DNA of 64,000 bases from a virus. The stretch covers positions 64,001-128,000 of IMG/VR virus record IMGVR_UViG_3300042868_003730; one strand, given 5' to 3'. Positions 28,177-38,764 of the stretch are shown piece after piece. Each line of letters starts with the position of its first letter. Within the stretch, counting starts at the first letter, position 1. The position numbers and the translations under genes were made by a program. Under the pieces are notes generated by a model. It worked only from the letters and a program-made list of their open reading frames with translations. It was not told the DNA's origin and ran no database searches.

Positions 28177-31100
28177 TTTAGTTTATCGTAAAAGTTCAAC
28201 TCCTGCAGCGAATGTAAGTACTACATTCAAGGGTTCACCATTAACGAATGATGAACTAGATAATAATCTATTTGGTATTAATGCTGAAGTTCAATTAAAA
28301 GCACCAATCAATAATGCTGTTTTCACTGGAACGACAACGATCCCAAGTATTACTGCCACTGGCGGTACAATAAACAATATCACAATTGGCGCAAGCGGTG
28401 CTTCTACTGGTGCGTTCACCACATTAACAACTACAGGTGATGTTAACGTTGATGGTGGTGACATTACAACGGCAGCAACGACATTCAATTTACTTAACGC
28501 AACTGCTACTACAGTGAACTTTGCTGGGGCAGGTACTGCGGTTACTATCGGTGCTACGACTGGAACTGCCACAATCCGTAATGCAACTCTAGCAGTAACT
28601 AATGCAGCCACAGTAGGAACTACATTAGGCGTTACAGGTAACGTAACAATCGGAGCATCCAAATTTGTTGTTACCGCAGCAACTGGTAATACTGCTATTG
28701 CTGGCGATGTTGCCGTCGATACCAATAAGTTTACAGTCGCTGCAGCGACTGGTAATACTGCTGTGTTGGGTACATTTAGTTCCGGTGGACTTTCTACCCT
28801 TAATTCTTTAACAGTAACTAACGCATCTACACTATCTGGCGGACTTAGTACAACTACTGGCTCATTTAGCGGTCAAGTTACATCAACAGTGGCAATCGGA
28901 ACTGCTCCATTTGTTGTAACGTCAACAACTAAGGTCACTAACTTAAATGCAGACAGAGTCGATGACTTTACAGCAGACCAAGCAAATACTGCATCTGCTA
29001 TTGTCGTGAGAGATGCGTCAAAGAATATAAACATTAGTAATGCAGTAATGTCCGGATCGACTTCTGGGACTACTACTTTACAACCAACAGCTATCTCTGG
29101 AACTAGTGTTCTGACTCTTCCAGCTGCGACTGACACTCTGGTTGGAAAAGCAACAACTGATACGTTGACAAATAAATCATTCAGCCTCGCGAGCAATACA
29201 TTAACTGGAACTCTGGCTCTGTTTAATACTGCTCTCACAGATGCTGATTTTGTTTCTATTGCTGGCGCAGAGACACTGACAAGTAAGACTTTAACTAGTC
29301 CAGTAATAAACACTGCCACTATCTCTGGTGGTACAATCAATAACACAATAATTGGCGGAACAACTAGAGCAGCTGGTTCGTTCACTACATTAAATGCGAA
29401 TAGTACTCTTGATGTTACTGGAGCAACTACTCTCTCCAGCACATTGGCAGTTAATGGTGCAAGTTTAACGACTACTGCAACTACGTTTAATTTAATCAAC
29501 GCAACAGCGACAACATTAAATCTCGGAGGAGCGGCGACAACAATCACTGTTGGTGCGGTAACAGGAACAACGACTGTAAGAAATAATGCCTCTATTACCG
29601 GAACTCTTGGTGTAACAGGAACATCTACTCTTGCTGCTGTAACAGCAACTACTGGATCATTTAGCGGTCAAGTTACATCAACAGTGGCAATCGGAACTGC
29701 TCCATTCGTAGTAACATCAACTACCAGAGTGACGAATCTGAACGCAGATAGAGTTGATGACTTTACAGCAGACCAAGCAAATACTGCATCTACAATAGTA
29801 GTTAGAGATGCATCTAAGAATATAAACATCAATAACGCAGTAATGTCTGGTTCAACTTCTGGAACGACGACATTACAACCAACAGCTATCTCTGGTACTA
29901 GTGTTCTGACTCTTCCGGCAGCAACAGATACTCTTGTTGGTAAAGCAACAACTGACGTATTAACTAATAAGACAGTCAATCTAACAAGCAATACATTAAC
30001 TGGAACTCTGGCTCAGTTTAATACTGCGCTAAGTGATGCCGATTTCGCCACTACTTCTGGTGCTGATACGCTGACGAATAAGACACTCAATCTGGCGAGT
30101 AATACATTATTAGGAACTCTGGCTCAGTTTAATACTGCGCTAAGTGATGCTGATTTTGTTTCTATTGCTGGAATCGAAACAATAACCAGTAAAACATTAA
30201 CTAGTCCAGTAATAAACACCGCTACTATCTCTGGTGGTACAATCAATAATGCAATCATTGGCGGAACAACTAGAGCAGCTGGTTCGTTTACTACATTAAA
30301 TGCGAATAGTACTCTTGATGTTACTGGTGTGACAACTCTTTCTAGTCTTGTTGTTGGTACTTCTGCAACAATCGGAACTACTCTAGCAGTCACTGGTGAT
30401 GTTTCTGTTAATACTAACAAGTTTAATGTAACTGCATTAAGTGGTAATACTGCAATCGCAGGTACATTAGGTGTTGCTGGTAATGTTGCTGTTGCTACAA
30501 ATAAGTTTACTATCGCAGCAGGATCTGGTGATACTGTGGTTGCTGGAACATTAAATGTTTCCGGAACATCTACTCTTGCTGGTGTGAACGCAGGCGCATT
30601 GAGTGCTAGTTCGTTAACATCCTCCGCTGGTGTGCAAGGAACAACTCTTACGTCTACTGTTGCTATTGGTACTGCACCACTCACAGTAACATCAACTACT
30701 AGAGTAACGAATCTAAATGCAGATACTGTTGATGGAATGAATTTTGCTACAGTTAATGTCGGTGGAGTTCTGAACACTGATCAGCGAGGTGGTGTTGCGT
30801 ATGCATCTGATGCATCTAATATTACATATGTCGCGCCAGGAACATCTGGATATTTACTGCAATCAAATGGATTAAATTCTGCTCCTACCTGGGTAGCAGC
30901 AAATGCACTAACTGCTGGTAATTCTTCTACAGCAGCAAATGTTTTGGGTGGCGCAGCTGGATCAATATTATATCAGAGCGCAGTAGATAATACTGCAAAA
31001 TTAACGATTGGTTCGACAGGACAAATCCTTACAGCTGGTGCTACGTTACCAGAATGGTCAAGCAGCATATCAGTATCAGGAACTTTGACTCATGGTGGTT

Positions 31101-31489
31101 TGACGCCATCTGCTGGCACGAACATTGACCAATTATACACAGCTACTGATGCAACATTAGTTGTTACCACTTCTTGGGTTAGTACCAGTGTTAATTTCGC
31201 AGAGCTCGCGACTGGTTCATATATGGTCCAAGTAAATACAGGAACAGAGTATTATACTGGTATTATGAGTTGGTATGGCGCTGATATCAATTCTGTGGTA
31301 ACGGACGAAATTATTCTACACAGAGCATCATCTGGTGCTGAAACTAGTAATCTGTTCCTTAAAGTTGAAAGAACAGATACTGACTTAGATCCAGCTGGTG
31401 CTGCTTCTCCAAATATGACACTACAAATTAGTTCATCTGTCGCAAGAGCATCAGCCAGTTACACTTATAAATTCCGCAGAATGATCTAA
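28169..31489 (+). CDS. long tail fibre protein with internal duplications
   Basis: N-terminal KGSPLTNDELDNN attachment motif; Thr/Gly/Ala-rich; repeated TLTNKT and GTAPFVVTSTT..V.NLNAD units. Confidence 0.8.
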   Translation: MANLVYRKSSTPAANVSTTFKGSPLTNDELDNNLFGINAEVQLKAPINNAVFTGTTTIPSITATGGTINNITIGASGASTGAFTTLTTTGDVNVDGGDITTAATTFNLLNATATTVNFAGAGTAVTIGATTGTATIRNATLAVTNAATVGTTLGVTGNVTIGASKFVVTAATGNTAIAGDVAVDTNKFTVAAATGNTAVLGTFSSGGLSTLNSLTVTNASTLSGGLSTTTGSFSGQVTSTVAIGTAPFVVTSTTKVTNLNADRVDDFTADQANTASAIVVRDASKNINISNAVMSGSTSGTTTLQPTAISGTSVLTLPAATDTLVGKATTDTLTNKSFSLASNTLTGTLALFNTALTDADFVSIAGAETLTSKTLTSPVINTATISGGTINNTIIGGTTRAAGSFTTLNANSTLDVTGATTLSSTLAVNGASLTTTATTFNLINATATTLNLGGAATTITVGAVTGTTTVRNNASITGTLGVTGTSTLAAVTATTGSFSGQVTSTVAIGTAPFVVTSTTRVTNLNADRVDDFTADQANTASTIVVRDASKNININNAVMSGSTSGTTTLQPTAISGTSVLTLPAATDTLVGKATTDVLTNKTVNLTSNTLTGTLAQFNTALSDADFATTSGADTLTNKTLNLASNTLLGTLAQFNTALSDADFVSIAGIETITSKTLTSPVINTATISGGTINNAIIGGTTRAAGSFTTLNANSTLDVTGVTTLSSLVVGTSATIGTTLAVTGDVSVNTNKFNVTALSGNTAIAGTLGVAGNVAVATNKFTIAAGSGDTVVAGTLNVSGTSTLAGVNAGALSASSLTSSAGVQGTTLTSTVAIGTAPLTVTSTTRVTNLNADTVDGMNFATVNVGGVLNTDQRGGVAYASDASNITYVAPGTSGYLLQSNGLNSAPTWVAANALTAGNSSTAANVLGGAAGSILYQSAVDNTAKLTIGSTGQILTAGATLPEWSSSISVSGTLTHGGLTPSAGTNIDQLYTATDATLVVTTSWVSTSVNFAELATGSYMVQVNTGTEYYTGIMSWYGADINSVVTDEIILHRASSGAETSNLFLKVERTDTDLDPAGAASPNMTLQISSSVARASASYTYKFRRMI
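28850..30340 (+). repeat. about 600-bp imperfect internal duplication (offset 795 nt) in the tail fibre gene
   Basis: TCATTTAGCGGTCAAGTTACATCAACAGTGGCAATCGGAACTGCTCCATT starts at 28862 and 29657. The second copy carries an extra NTL.GTLAQFNTALSDADF unit. Confidence 0.85.
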
Positions 31490-31492
31490 CCT

Positions 31493-31499
31493 CTAAATA
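31493..31499 (+). promoter_or_regulatory. late promoter CTAAATA
   Basis: Intergenic, before the second fibre gene. Confidence 0.7.
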
Positions 31500-31539
31500 A
31501 TAAACAACTACCTCTGATTCATAAAGAAGGGACGAGGAA

Positions 31540-34500
31540 ATGACATTCAAAATCAAAGATGGTCTTTCTCTTGGCGCGAACACAGTAATTGACGCCACTG
31601 GAAACATAACTGTCCCTGGAAAGACTACCCTAAGTAATACAACAGCTACTGCAGCTAGTCTAAATTTAGGAACAGGAACGGCGGATCCTTCCTCACCAGT
31701 TGCTGGTGATTTTTGGAATAATACTGGTGTTCTAAAGATTCGTCAGGCATCTGCCACTAAGACTATCGCATTCCTCGATAGCAATATTACTGGAACAGCA
31801 GCGAACGTATCTACTGGCACAGTAGCTATTGCTAATGGCGGAACAAATACCACAACCACACCAACCGCTGGTGCAGTTGCAGTGGGAAATGGAACTGCGT
31901 ATGCATTTACTGCAGTTGGAACTGCGGGACAAGTCTTAACATCAGCAGCAGGTTCTACACCAACTTGGACTAACTCGACTAGCGCAAACACATTTTCGGC
32001 TATTGTTCAGAGAGATGCCTCTGGTAATTTTTCAGCAGGAACCATTACTGCTGCTCTCACTGGTACGGCGACGAATGCAACTAATCTAGTAGTAACTGAT
32101 GATACAGCGACGAACGCAACATATTATCCTTCGTTTGCTCTTGGCACATCATCCAATCAAGCGCACAGAGTATCTAGTACAAAGTTAACATTTAATCCAA
32201 GTACTGGTATCTTAGCCTCTACTGGGTTTTCTGGATCTGGCGCATCTATTACTGCTATCAACACAGCTAATATCAGCACAGGAACTCTGGTAGTGGCAAG
32301 AGGTGGTACAGCTGGAAGTGCAACCCCTACAGCTGGCGCCATTGCTTTTGGAGACGGAACTGCGTATGCATTTACTGCAGTCGGAACTGCAGGACAAGTC
32401 TTAACATCAGCAGCAGGTTCTACACCAACTTGGACTTCTCAAGGCAGTTTATCAGTTGGTTCAGCTACCAATGCCACTAATTCTACTAATGCAAATAACG
32501 TCGCGATAACAGCAGACAGCGCGTCAGCTGGAACACATTATGTCCACTTTGGCGCAGTTACTACTGGAAACACCCCAGTAAAAATATCATCTAGTGGATT
32601 ATATTTCCAACCAAGTACAGCAACATTGACTGTTGGTGGAGCGTTGACTGTCGGCGGAAATTTAACAGTTAATGGAACTACAACAACAGTCAACTCAACA
32701 ACTACTACAGTTGACGATCCCATCTTTACTATTGGTGGAGATACGGCTCCGGCATCAGATGATAACAAAGATCGTGGTATTGAATTCCGTTGGCATAATG
32801 GTACTACTGCCAAAGTAGGTTTCTTTGGATACGATGACTCAACAAGTAAATTTACATTCGTCCCAGACGCAACAAATACATCAGAAGTATTCAGTGGAAC
32901 AAAGGGAACTATTGATGCTAACCTAGAATGGGCAGACGTTCTTAATAAACCAGACCCTGTTGTTACAGTCACGTTAACGGGTGACGTAACTGGTACAGCA
33001 AACACAACATTAACTGATCTTGCATCAGGTACAGTTACTGTTGCAACTACAATTGCTGCTGACTCTGTTGCCCTTGGCACAGATACTACTGGTAATTACG
33101 TGGCTACTGTTGCCGCTGGAACTCCTGGAGTAGAAACTACCAGTTCTGGATTAACAATTTCTTCTGTTGCTGGAGAAGGAACTGCTTCAACTATCGCTCA
33201 CGCAGATACATCAACGTTGACTGGTACACAAGGAAGTGCTGGAATTTCTTCAGTTACAATTGATGGTTTCGGTCACGTAACTGGAGTTACAACAGCTACT
33301 TACTTAACAGCTGAGGCAGATACACTTGCATCAGTAACTGGTCGTGGTGCAACTACCTCTACTGCTTCTTCTTTCACTGGTGGAATGACAGTTGGTGGAA
33401 CTGGTATCGTTTATAATGGATCTACCAGTGGTTCTACTACATTCAGAGCAAGTGCCACAGCTGGAACAACAACAATTACTCTTCCTGCTACAACTGGTAC
33501 TGTTGCTCTGGCGGGAGATACACATTTTATCGGAACCACTTCAGTAGCATTGAATAGAGCTAGTGCCAATTTAGCCTTGACTGGTATTTCTAGTGTTACA
33601 TTACCTGGCGCAACCAGTGGTACTGTTCAGATAATTCCAACTGCTATTGCAGGAACAGGAACAGTGTTGACTCTCCCTGCTACAACTGGAACAGTAGCTC
33701 TTAGTACTGGAAATCTATCGCAGTTTGCTGCTACTACATCATCCCAGTTAGCAGGTGTTATTTCTGATGAAACTGGTTCTGGTGCTCTTGTATTCGCCAC
33801 TAGTCCAACGTTAACAACTCCATCAATTGGAGTAGCTACTGGTACAAGTTTCAATAGTATCACTGGTTTGAGTTCCACGACTCCTGTCGTAGCTGGTACT
33901 GCTGCTATTGGAACAGGAACCACGGTAGCAAGAGCTGACCACGTGCACCCTGCACAGACTACTGTTTCTGGCACTGCTGGTGGTTTATCAGCAACGTTAA
34001 GTCCTGCTTCTGGTGGTACAGGTGTTGCAAACAATGCCGCAAGTACAATTACTATAAGTGGAAACTTTGGAACAACATTTACAGTATCAGCAGCAACAAG
34101 TGTTACATTACCAACAAGCGGTACTCTGGCAACTACCGGACAAACATTCTCTATTGGTACAACCAGTATTGCCATTAACCGCGCCAGTGCTGCGCAAAGT
34201 TTAACTGGTATTACTAGTATTGATGGATATGCTGCTGGTTTGGCTGGTGGAAATGCTACGACATTATTGGGCTCAATACCATATCAGAGCGCAGCCAATA
34301 CAACAACTTTATTAGCTCCGAACACTACTGTCACTAAGAGATTCCTACGTTCAACTGGTGATGGCACTAATGGTACTGCTCCTGTATGGGATACTATTGT
34401 TGCAGGTGATATTCCGACTCTCAATCAGAGTACAACAGGCTCAGCTGCTACATTAACGACTGCCAGAACTATCAATGGTGTTTCGTTTAATGGCTCAGCA

Positions 34501-35253
34501 GATATTACTGTAACTGCTGCGGCTGGTACATTAACAGGCGCTACATTGGCTTCTGGTGTAACAGCATCTAGTTTAACTAGCGTTGGAACATTAGCATCAT
34601 TGGCTGTGACTGGTACTGTGACTGGTACTAGTTTCAACAGCATTACAGGTCTTAGTTCTACTACTCCTGTCGTGGCTGGAACTGCTGCTATTGGAGTAGG
34701 AACCACGGCAGCAAGAGCAGATCACGTTCACCCAGCACAGACTACAGTTAGTGGTAACGCAGGATCAGCTACAGTACTCGCGACTGCTCGCGCTATCAAT
34801 GGAGTTTCGTTCGATGGTTCAGCTGCCATTACGGTGACAGCTGCTGCTGGTACATTAACAGGCGCTACATTGGCTTCTGGTGTAACAGCATCTAGTTTAA
34901 CCAGTGTTGGCACGTTAGCAAGTCTTGGTGTCGGTACTGCCAATGGAGTAGCTGGTACTATTGTTGCGTCAGGAAACATTACTGCTTTTTCAGATATTCG
35001 TCTCAAGAAAGATCTTGTCCAGATTCCAAATGCTCTAGATAAAGTTCAGCAATTGACTGGGTACACGTATACACGTATTGATAGTGGAATACAAGAAACT
35101 GGTCTGGTTGCGCAAGACGTACAGAAAATATTACCAGAAGCAATTGTTGAGGGTGAATATCTATCAGTTGCGTATGGAAATTTAGTTGGATTGCTGGTTG
35201 AGGCGATTAAAGAACTTAGAGCAGAAGTAGCTGCTCTAAAGGAAAATAAATAA
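31540..35253 (+). CDS. tail fibre protein with C-terminal intramolecular chaperone (peptidase S74)
   Basis: C-terminal ITAFSDIRLKKD...I.NALDKV..LTGYTY...TGLVAQDVQKILPEA....YLSVAYGNLVGLLVEAIKEL; DDNKDRGIEFRW..G.AKVGFFGYD fibre module; internal repeats. Confidence 0.88.
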   Translation: MTFKIKDGLSLGANTVIDATGNITVPGKTTLSNTTATAASLNLGTGTADPSSPVAGDFWNNTGVLKIRQASATKTIAFLDSNITGTAANVSTGTVAIANGGTNTTTTPTAGAVAVGNGTAYAFTAVGTAGQVLTSAAGSTPTWTNSTSANTFSAIVQRDASGNFSAGTITAALTGTATNATNLVVTDDTATNATYYPSFALGTSSNQAHRVSSTKLTFNPSTGILASTGFSGSGASITAINTANISTGTLVVARGGTAGSATPTAGAIAFGDGTAYAFTAVGTAGQVLTSAAGSTPTWTSQGSLSVGSATNATNSTNANNVAITADSASAGTHYVHFGAVTTGNTPVKISSSGLYFQPSTATLTVGGALTVGGNLTVNGTTTTVNSTTTTVDDPIFTIGGDTAPASDDNKDRGIEFRWHNGTTAKVGFFGYDDSTSKFTFVPDATNTSEVFSGTKGTIDANLEWADVLNKPDPVVTVTLTGDVTGTANTTLTDLASGTVTVATTIAADSVALGTDTTGNYVATVAAGTPGVETTSSGLTISSVAGEGTASTIAHADTSTLTGTQGSAGISSVTIDGFGHVTGVTTATYLTAEADTLASVTGRGATTSTASSFTGGMTVGGTGIVYNGSTSGSTTFRASATAGTTTITLPATTGTVALAGDTHFIGTTSVALNRASANLALTGISSVTLPGATSGTVQIIPTAIAGTGTVLTLPATTGTVALSTGNLSQFAATTSSQLAGVISDETGSGALVFATSPTLTTPSIGVATGTSFNSITGLSSTTPVVAGTAAIGTGTTVARADHVHPAQTTVSGTAGGLSATLSPASGGTGVANNAASTITISGNFGTTFTVSAATSVTLPTSGTLATTGQTFSIGTTSIAINRASAAQSLTGITSIDGYAAGLAGGNATTLLGSIPYQSAANTTTLLAPNTTVTKRFLRSTGDGTNGTAPVWDTIVAGDIPTLNQSTTGSAATLTTARTINGVSFNGSADITVTAAAGTLTGATLASGVTASSLTSVGTLASLAVTGTVTGTSFNSITGLSSTTPVVAGTAAIGVGTTAARADHVHPAQTTVSGNAGSATVLATARAINGVSFDGSAAITVTAAAGTLTGATLASGVTASSLTSVGTLASLGVGTANGVAGTIVASGNITAFSDIRLKKDLVQIPNALDKVQQLTGYTYTRIDSGIQETGLVAQDVQKILPEAIVEGEYLSVAYGNLVGLLVEAIKELRAEVAALKENK

Positions 35254-36839
35254 TGCCAGTACCGACATCAGGCGCGATCAGTCTCGCTAATCTTCAGACT
35301 GAATTAGAAGGTGTAACAGCAGGGGCAAATGCAGCGTCACTAAATGAGTTTTACGCTGGTGGATCATTCGTTACTGCTGGTTCTTTTGGATATCTTAGTG
35401 GTGTCCAAACAGCAATCCCTGCAAGTGGGGCTATATCACTAAATAATTTTTATGGTGCAAAATGGCTTGGTGGTGTGACATATGAGTATACAACTGCAGG
35501 AACATATACAGTCACTATTCCCAATAAAACTGGGTTTATTAGAAATTATCAGTGGAGTGTGTTTCTAGTTGGTGGTGGTGGGGGAGGCGGCGGCGCACAT
35601 GGATCTACTGCACCGAATCGTGACCCCATTGGATCTGGTGGTGGGGGAGGCGGTGGGAATCACACAAATGCCTCTGGCACAAATACTACAGCAACCAGTT
35701 TGTCATTCACTGTTGTTGTTGGTGCAGGCGGCACAGGCGGCGCATCATCTACTGCTGCCAATCCTTATACACCAAAAGGAACAGCTGGTGGCACTGGTGG
35801 CACTACTTCTCTTGCTATTAATGGTACAGTTGTAACTTCTATCGCTGGTGGAGGTGGCGGAGGTGGTGGCTCAATTGAACCAGACGTTGCTGGAACTGCT
35901 GGCACTAGTACTACTGCATATCCTGGAACTGCAGGTACTGTATCTGAAAATGGCAACGCACCAGGTGGCAACGGTGGGCAATCTGTACTTGCGTATGGTG
36001 AGAATGGAAGTTCTAGTGCTGCCACCACCGCAGGAATCCATGGTGGCGGAGGTGCTGGCGGTGGCGGGAATGGTGGTGACATATACAGCAATGGATCTAA
36101 TGGTGGTCCTGGATATGCCAGAGTAACATTTAAGAATGGGTTTAGTTTTACTACTTCACAAACATTCACAACACCAACTGCGTCAGGAACATTTACTGTA
36201 CCTGCAGGAATTTATCAAATATATACAAACTGTGTTGGTGGAGGTGGAGCACAAGGTGCTGCTGGCGGTCTGGTTGAGGCATTGATTTCCGTCACTCCAG
36301 GTGAAGTACTAACTGTTCGTGTTGGTGGGGCTGGCGCTGCGACAACTGTAGTAGGTTATACTACAGCAGCAGTTAATGGTGGGGGTAGAGGAGAAACCGC
36401 ATCAACATCTTATACTGCGTGTGGCGGAGGCGGGTATTCTGGAATATTCCGCAGCACAACTCCTTTAGTAATAGCTGGTGGTGGTGGGGGAGGACAGAAT
36501 GGTGCAGCTGCTGGTGGTGCCCTTCCTGCTAATACTGCATCGTCTGGCGCGACGCCAGGAACACAAAGTGCGGGCGGGTCTTCTGGCGGTGGGTATTTAG
36601 TTGGTGGTGATGGAGTTGCAAGCAAAGGTGCATGTGGCGGTGGTGGCGGTGGGTATTATGGAGGTGGTGGTGCAACTAGCGGTGCTTTGTCAAGCAGCAT
36701 TGGTGGTGCAGGCGGATCAAACTATATTATTTCCACAGCTGCTGGTCTATACAGTATGTCTGGATTTAATGGTGGTGGTAGTTGGGGCGGCACTTATGGT
36801 TCATCAAGTAATGGTGGTCGAGTAATAATTTACTATTAA
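35253..36839 (+). CDS. glycine-rich adhesin / fibre tip protein (functionally gp38-like)
   Basis: N-terminal P.SGAISL..LQTE..G.....SLNEFY.G...IPASGAISLNNFYG followed by many GGGGG runs; directly follows the S74 fibre. Confidence 0.7.
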   Translation: MPVPTSGAISLANLQTELEGVTAGANAASLNEFYAGGSFVTAGSFGYLSGVQTAIPASGAISLNNFYGAKWLGGVTYEYTTAGTYTVTIPNKTGFIRNYQWSVFLVGGGGGGGGAHGSTAPNRDPIGSGGGGGGGNHTNASGTNTTATSLSFTVVVGAGGTGGASSTAANPYTPKGTAGGTGGTTSLAINGTVVTSIAGGGGGGGGSIEPDVAGTAGTSTTAYPGTAGTVSENGNAPGGNGGQSVLAYGENGSSSAATTAGIHGGGGAGGGGNGGDIYSNGSNGGPGYARVTFKNGFSFTTSQTFTTPTASGTFTVPAGIYQIYTNCVGGGGAQGAAGGLVEALISVTPGEVLTVRVGGAGAATTVVGYTTAAVNGGGRGETASTSYTACGGGGYSGIFRSTTPLVIAGGGGGGQNGAAAGGALPANTASSGATPGTQSAGGSSGGGYLVGGDGVASKGACGGGGGGYYGGGGATSGALSSSIGGAGGSNYIISTAAGLYSMSGFNGGGSWGGTYGSSSNGGRVIIYY

Positions 36840-36849
36840 GGAAACAATA

Positions 36850-37164
36850 ATGAGTAAAGTACATGTTTGGGAAGTTCCGAGAATAGATTGTTCAGTTGAT
36901 TATGAAAATGGATCGATTCCTATTTGCAATATTCACTGGAAACTAACATCAAAAAATACAGAAGGTTTCATATATACTTCTATAAATAATGGTTTCGTTG
37001 AGGTCGATATTACTCCAACGGAAGCACTGGCTCTCACAAAAGAATCTGCGTTGACTCTTTTATTGACAACCTTGGGTACCAGAGTTGCTTCTATAGAGGA
37101 AGAGAACTCCGGTATTTTAGATGAAATGATTGTTCCAGTTATTCCAGTTATTACAATATCATAA
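36850..37164 (+). CDS. hypothetical fibre-associated protein
   Basis: 104-aa ORF with RBS (AAGGAA); W.V..........I.NIHW pattern seen in small genes that follow fibre genes. Confidence 0.55.
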   Translation: MSKVHVWEVPRIDCSVDYENGSIPICNIHWKLTSKNTEGFIYTSINNGFVEVDITPTEALALTKESALTLLLTTLGTRVASIEEENSGILDEMIVPVIPVITIS

Positions 37165-37165
37165 T

Positions 37166-37549
37166 ATGATTATTTTAACTCAAGAAATACTTGACGCTGT
37201 AGGTGTTTGTGCTGATGGTCAGCGTGTTGCCGAAGAGTTTAATTGTATTGGTATTGATCTCGCTATTGGTATACAGATTATGGAAGACAATAATACTGGA
37301 TATGCCAAATGGGCCAGAGATTTATACTCAAACAGAATAGCACTAAAGTTATCAAATCATTATGAATATATTCAATACCTGGTCTTTGACCCAGTCAATA
37401 ATCACTACAAAGCCACACCAAATGAATCTGATGTGGCAGGAATCAAACAACAAATAATTGAAGATAATCCAGGTGTGGACCAGTCGCAGATCCTCATCTA
37501 CGAAGAGATCAAATCTTTAGATGGATCAATTCAAAGATTTCTATTATAA
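37166..37549 (+). CDS. hypothetical protein
   Basis: Part of ORF 37130..37549; the ATG at 37166, just after the upstream stop, is the likelier start. Confidence 0.55.
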   Translation: MIILTQEILDAVGVCADGQRVAEEFNCIGIDLAIGIQIMEDNNTGYAKWARDLYSNRIALKLSNHYEYIQYLVFDPVNNHYKATPNESDVAGIKQQIIEDNPGVDQSQILIYEEIKSLDGSIQRFLL

Positions 37550-37552
37550 ATA
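37545..37552 (+). promoter_or_regulatory. late promoter TATAAATA (exact T4 consensus)
   Basis: Precedes the membrane-protein pair and the 146-aa structural gene. Confidence 0.7.
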
Positions 37553-37581
37553 GATAGCACCCAGACACCATAAACCGTATA

Positions 37582-37947
37582 ATGAAAACCTTAATAAGAA
37601 ATCTACTGCCGCAGGATACAAGAAGCGTTGAATTTCCCTCAGCAGTGGGTCTTATTATCTGTTCAATTATGTTGTTCTTCAACCTAATTCCTAATGTTTA
37701 TCATATTGGTTTCTGGTGCGTGGTGACATTTATGCTCGGAGTGGTGTATATTGTATCTCTACTTCATTTCCCTAAACTAGATTGCTGTCGTCCAGTCTTA
37801 TCCTGGTTGGCAGGATCATTTTGGATCTGGTTGACATTTTCGCAGCCGTTATCTATTATGGCAATACCAGTGTTCTTTCTTGGTGTTTCTAATATTGTGG
37901 CATTCCTTATAAATACAGTAATATTGAGTGAAACATGGAGACCATAA
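37582..37947 (+). CDS. multi-pass membrane protein (about 4 TM)
   Basis: Four hydrophobic stretches in 121 aa. Confidence 0.65.
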   Translation: MKTLIRNLLPQDTRSVEFPSAVGLIICSIMLFFNLIPNVYHIGFWCVVTFMLGVVYIVSLLHFPKLDCCRPVLSWLAGSFWIWLTFSQPLSIMAIPVFFLGVSNIVAFLINTVILSETWRP

Positions 37948-38267
37948 TAGTTACCGCATTCAACACACTTAACGGAAGCTCCGGATTCCTGAGTTTTCTA
38001 ATAAGTATATCTACATTGGCTTTCGGTGCTTGGTTGTTTTTCAAGAAAACCAAAATCGAAGAAGTTACATCAGTAGGCACATTACAACAGAAACAAATAA
38101 CTAGCCTTCTCGAGCAAATTCAATTTCTCGCAGAAGAACTAACCAAGGCAAGAAGTCAAATTGCCGAAATTCATGAACAGAATGTTCATCTAATGCAACA
38201 AGTAAGAGAATCCAATCATAGAATACAGGAATTGGAACGTCTTCTTGAAATTAACAGGAGTATATAA
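37935..38267 (+). CDS. single-TM coiled-coil protein
   Basis: N-terminal hydrophobic helix (FLSFLISISTLAFGAWLFF) followed by a heptad-rich coiled coil. Confidence 0.65.
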   Translation: METIIVTAFNTLNGSSGFLSFLISISTLAFGAWLFFKKTKIEEVTSVGTLQQKQITSLLEQIQFLAEELTKARSQIAEIHEQNVHLMQQVRESNHRIQELERLLEINRSI

Positions 38268-38269
38268 TT

Positions 38270-38710
38270 ATGGCAGCAATGTCAAACTATCTAGAAAACA
38301 AACTTGTGGATCACATCCTCAGAGCAACTGCGTTCACCGCACCAGGTACAGTGTATATTGCTCTGTATACAGCAGCCCCATCTGATGCAGGTGGTGGTAC
38401 TGAGATTACTATCGGTACGAATAACTATTCAAGAGCATCATTAGTTTCTTCGCAATCTGCTTGGAACAATACACAGGCGTCAGGAACTGCAGTTGCTTCT
38501 ACTGGTACCACTGGAATTACTGCTAATACATCAGCTATTACTTTCGCGACTCCTTCTGGTTCTTGGGGAACTGTAACTCACTTTGGTATCCTAGATGCTG
38601 CTAGTGCAGGAAATCTATTATTCCACGGAGCATTGACTGTGTCGCAAACAGTTAACACAGGAAACACCGTGTCATTCGCTGGTGGTGCACTACAAATTAC
38701 TTTCGCTTAA
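38270..38710 (+). CDS. small beta-sandwich virion protein (MSNYLENK.../'Gp80-like' family)
   Basis: MSNYLENKL.DH.LR..A.TAP.TVY.ALYTAAP.DAGGGTE...Y.R...AITF.T....WGTVTHFGI.DAAS.GNLLFHG.L. Confidence 0.75.
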   Translation: MAAMSNYLENKLVDHILRATAFTAPGTVYIALYTAAPSDAGGGTEITIGTNNYSRASLVSSQSAWNNTQASGTAVASTGTTGITANTSAITFATPSGSWGTVTHFGILDAASAGNLLFHGALTVSQTVNTGNTVSFAGGALQITFA

Positions 38711-38729
38711 TAGCATAGTAATTTTGATT

Positions 38730-38757
38730 AGGGCTGCTTAGGCAGCTCTTTTCATTT
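38730..38757 (+). terminator. intrinsic terminator
   Basis: AGGGCTGC-TTAG-GCAGCTCT stem followed by TTTCATTT. Confidence 0.8.
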
Positions 38758-38764
38758 CTAAATA
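38758..38764 (+). promoter_or_regulatory. late promoter CTAAATA
   Basis: Immediately after the terminator, before ORF 38792. Confidence 0.7.

Noticed and set aside
28850-34920. Paired repeats in fibre genes as DGR template/variable repeats
   Set aside because: Mismatches are mostly third-position and not adenine-specific, both copies are coding, and no reverse transcriptase is in the window.
28291-36625. Many 60-220 aa minus-strand ORFs opposite the fibre genes
   Set aside because: These are shadow ORFs caused by Thr/Ala/Gly codon bias (Val/Pro/Ala-rich translations) with no independent motifs.
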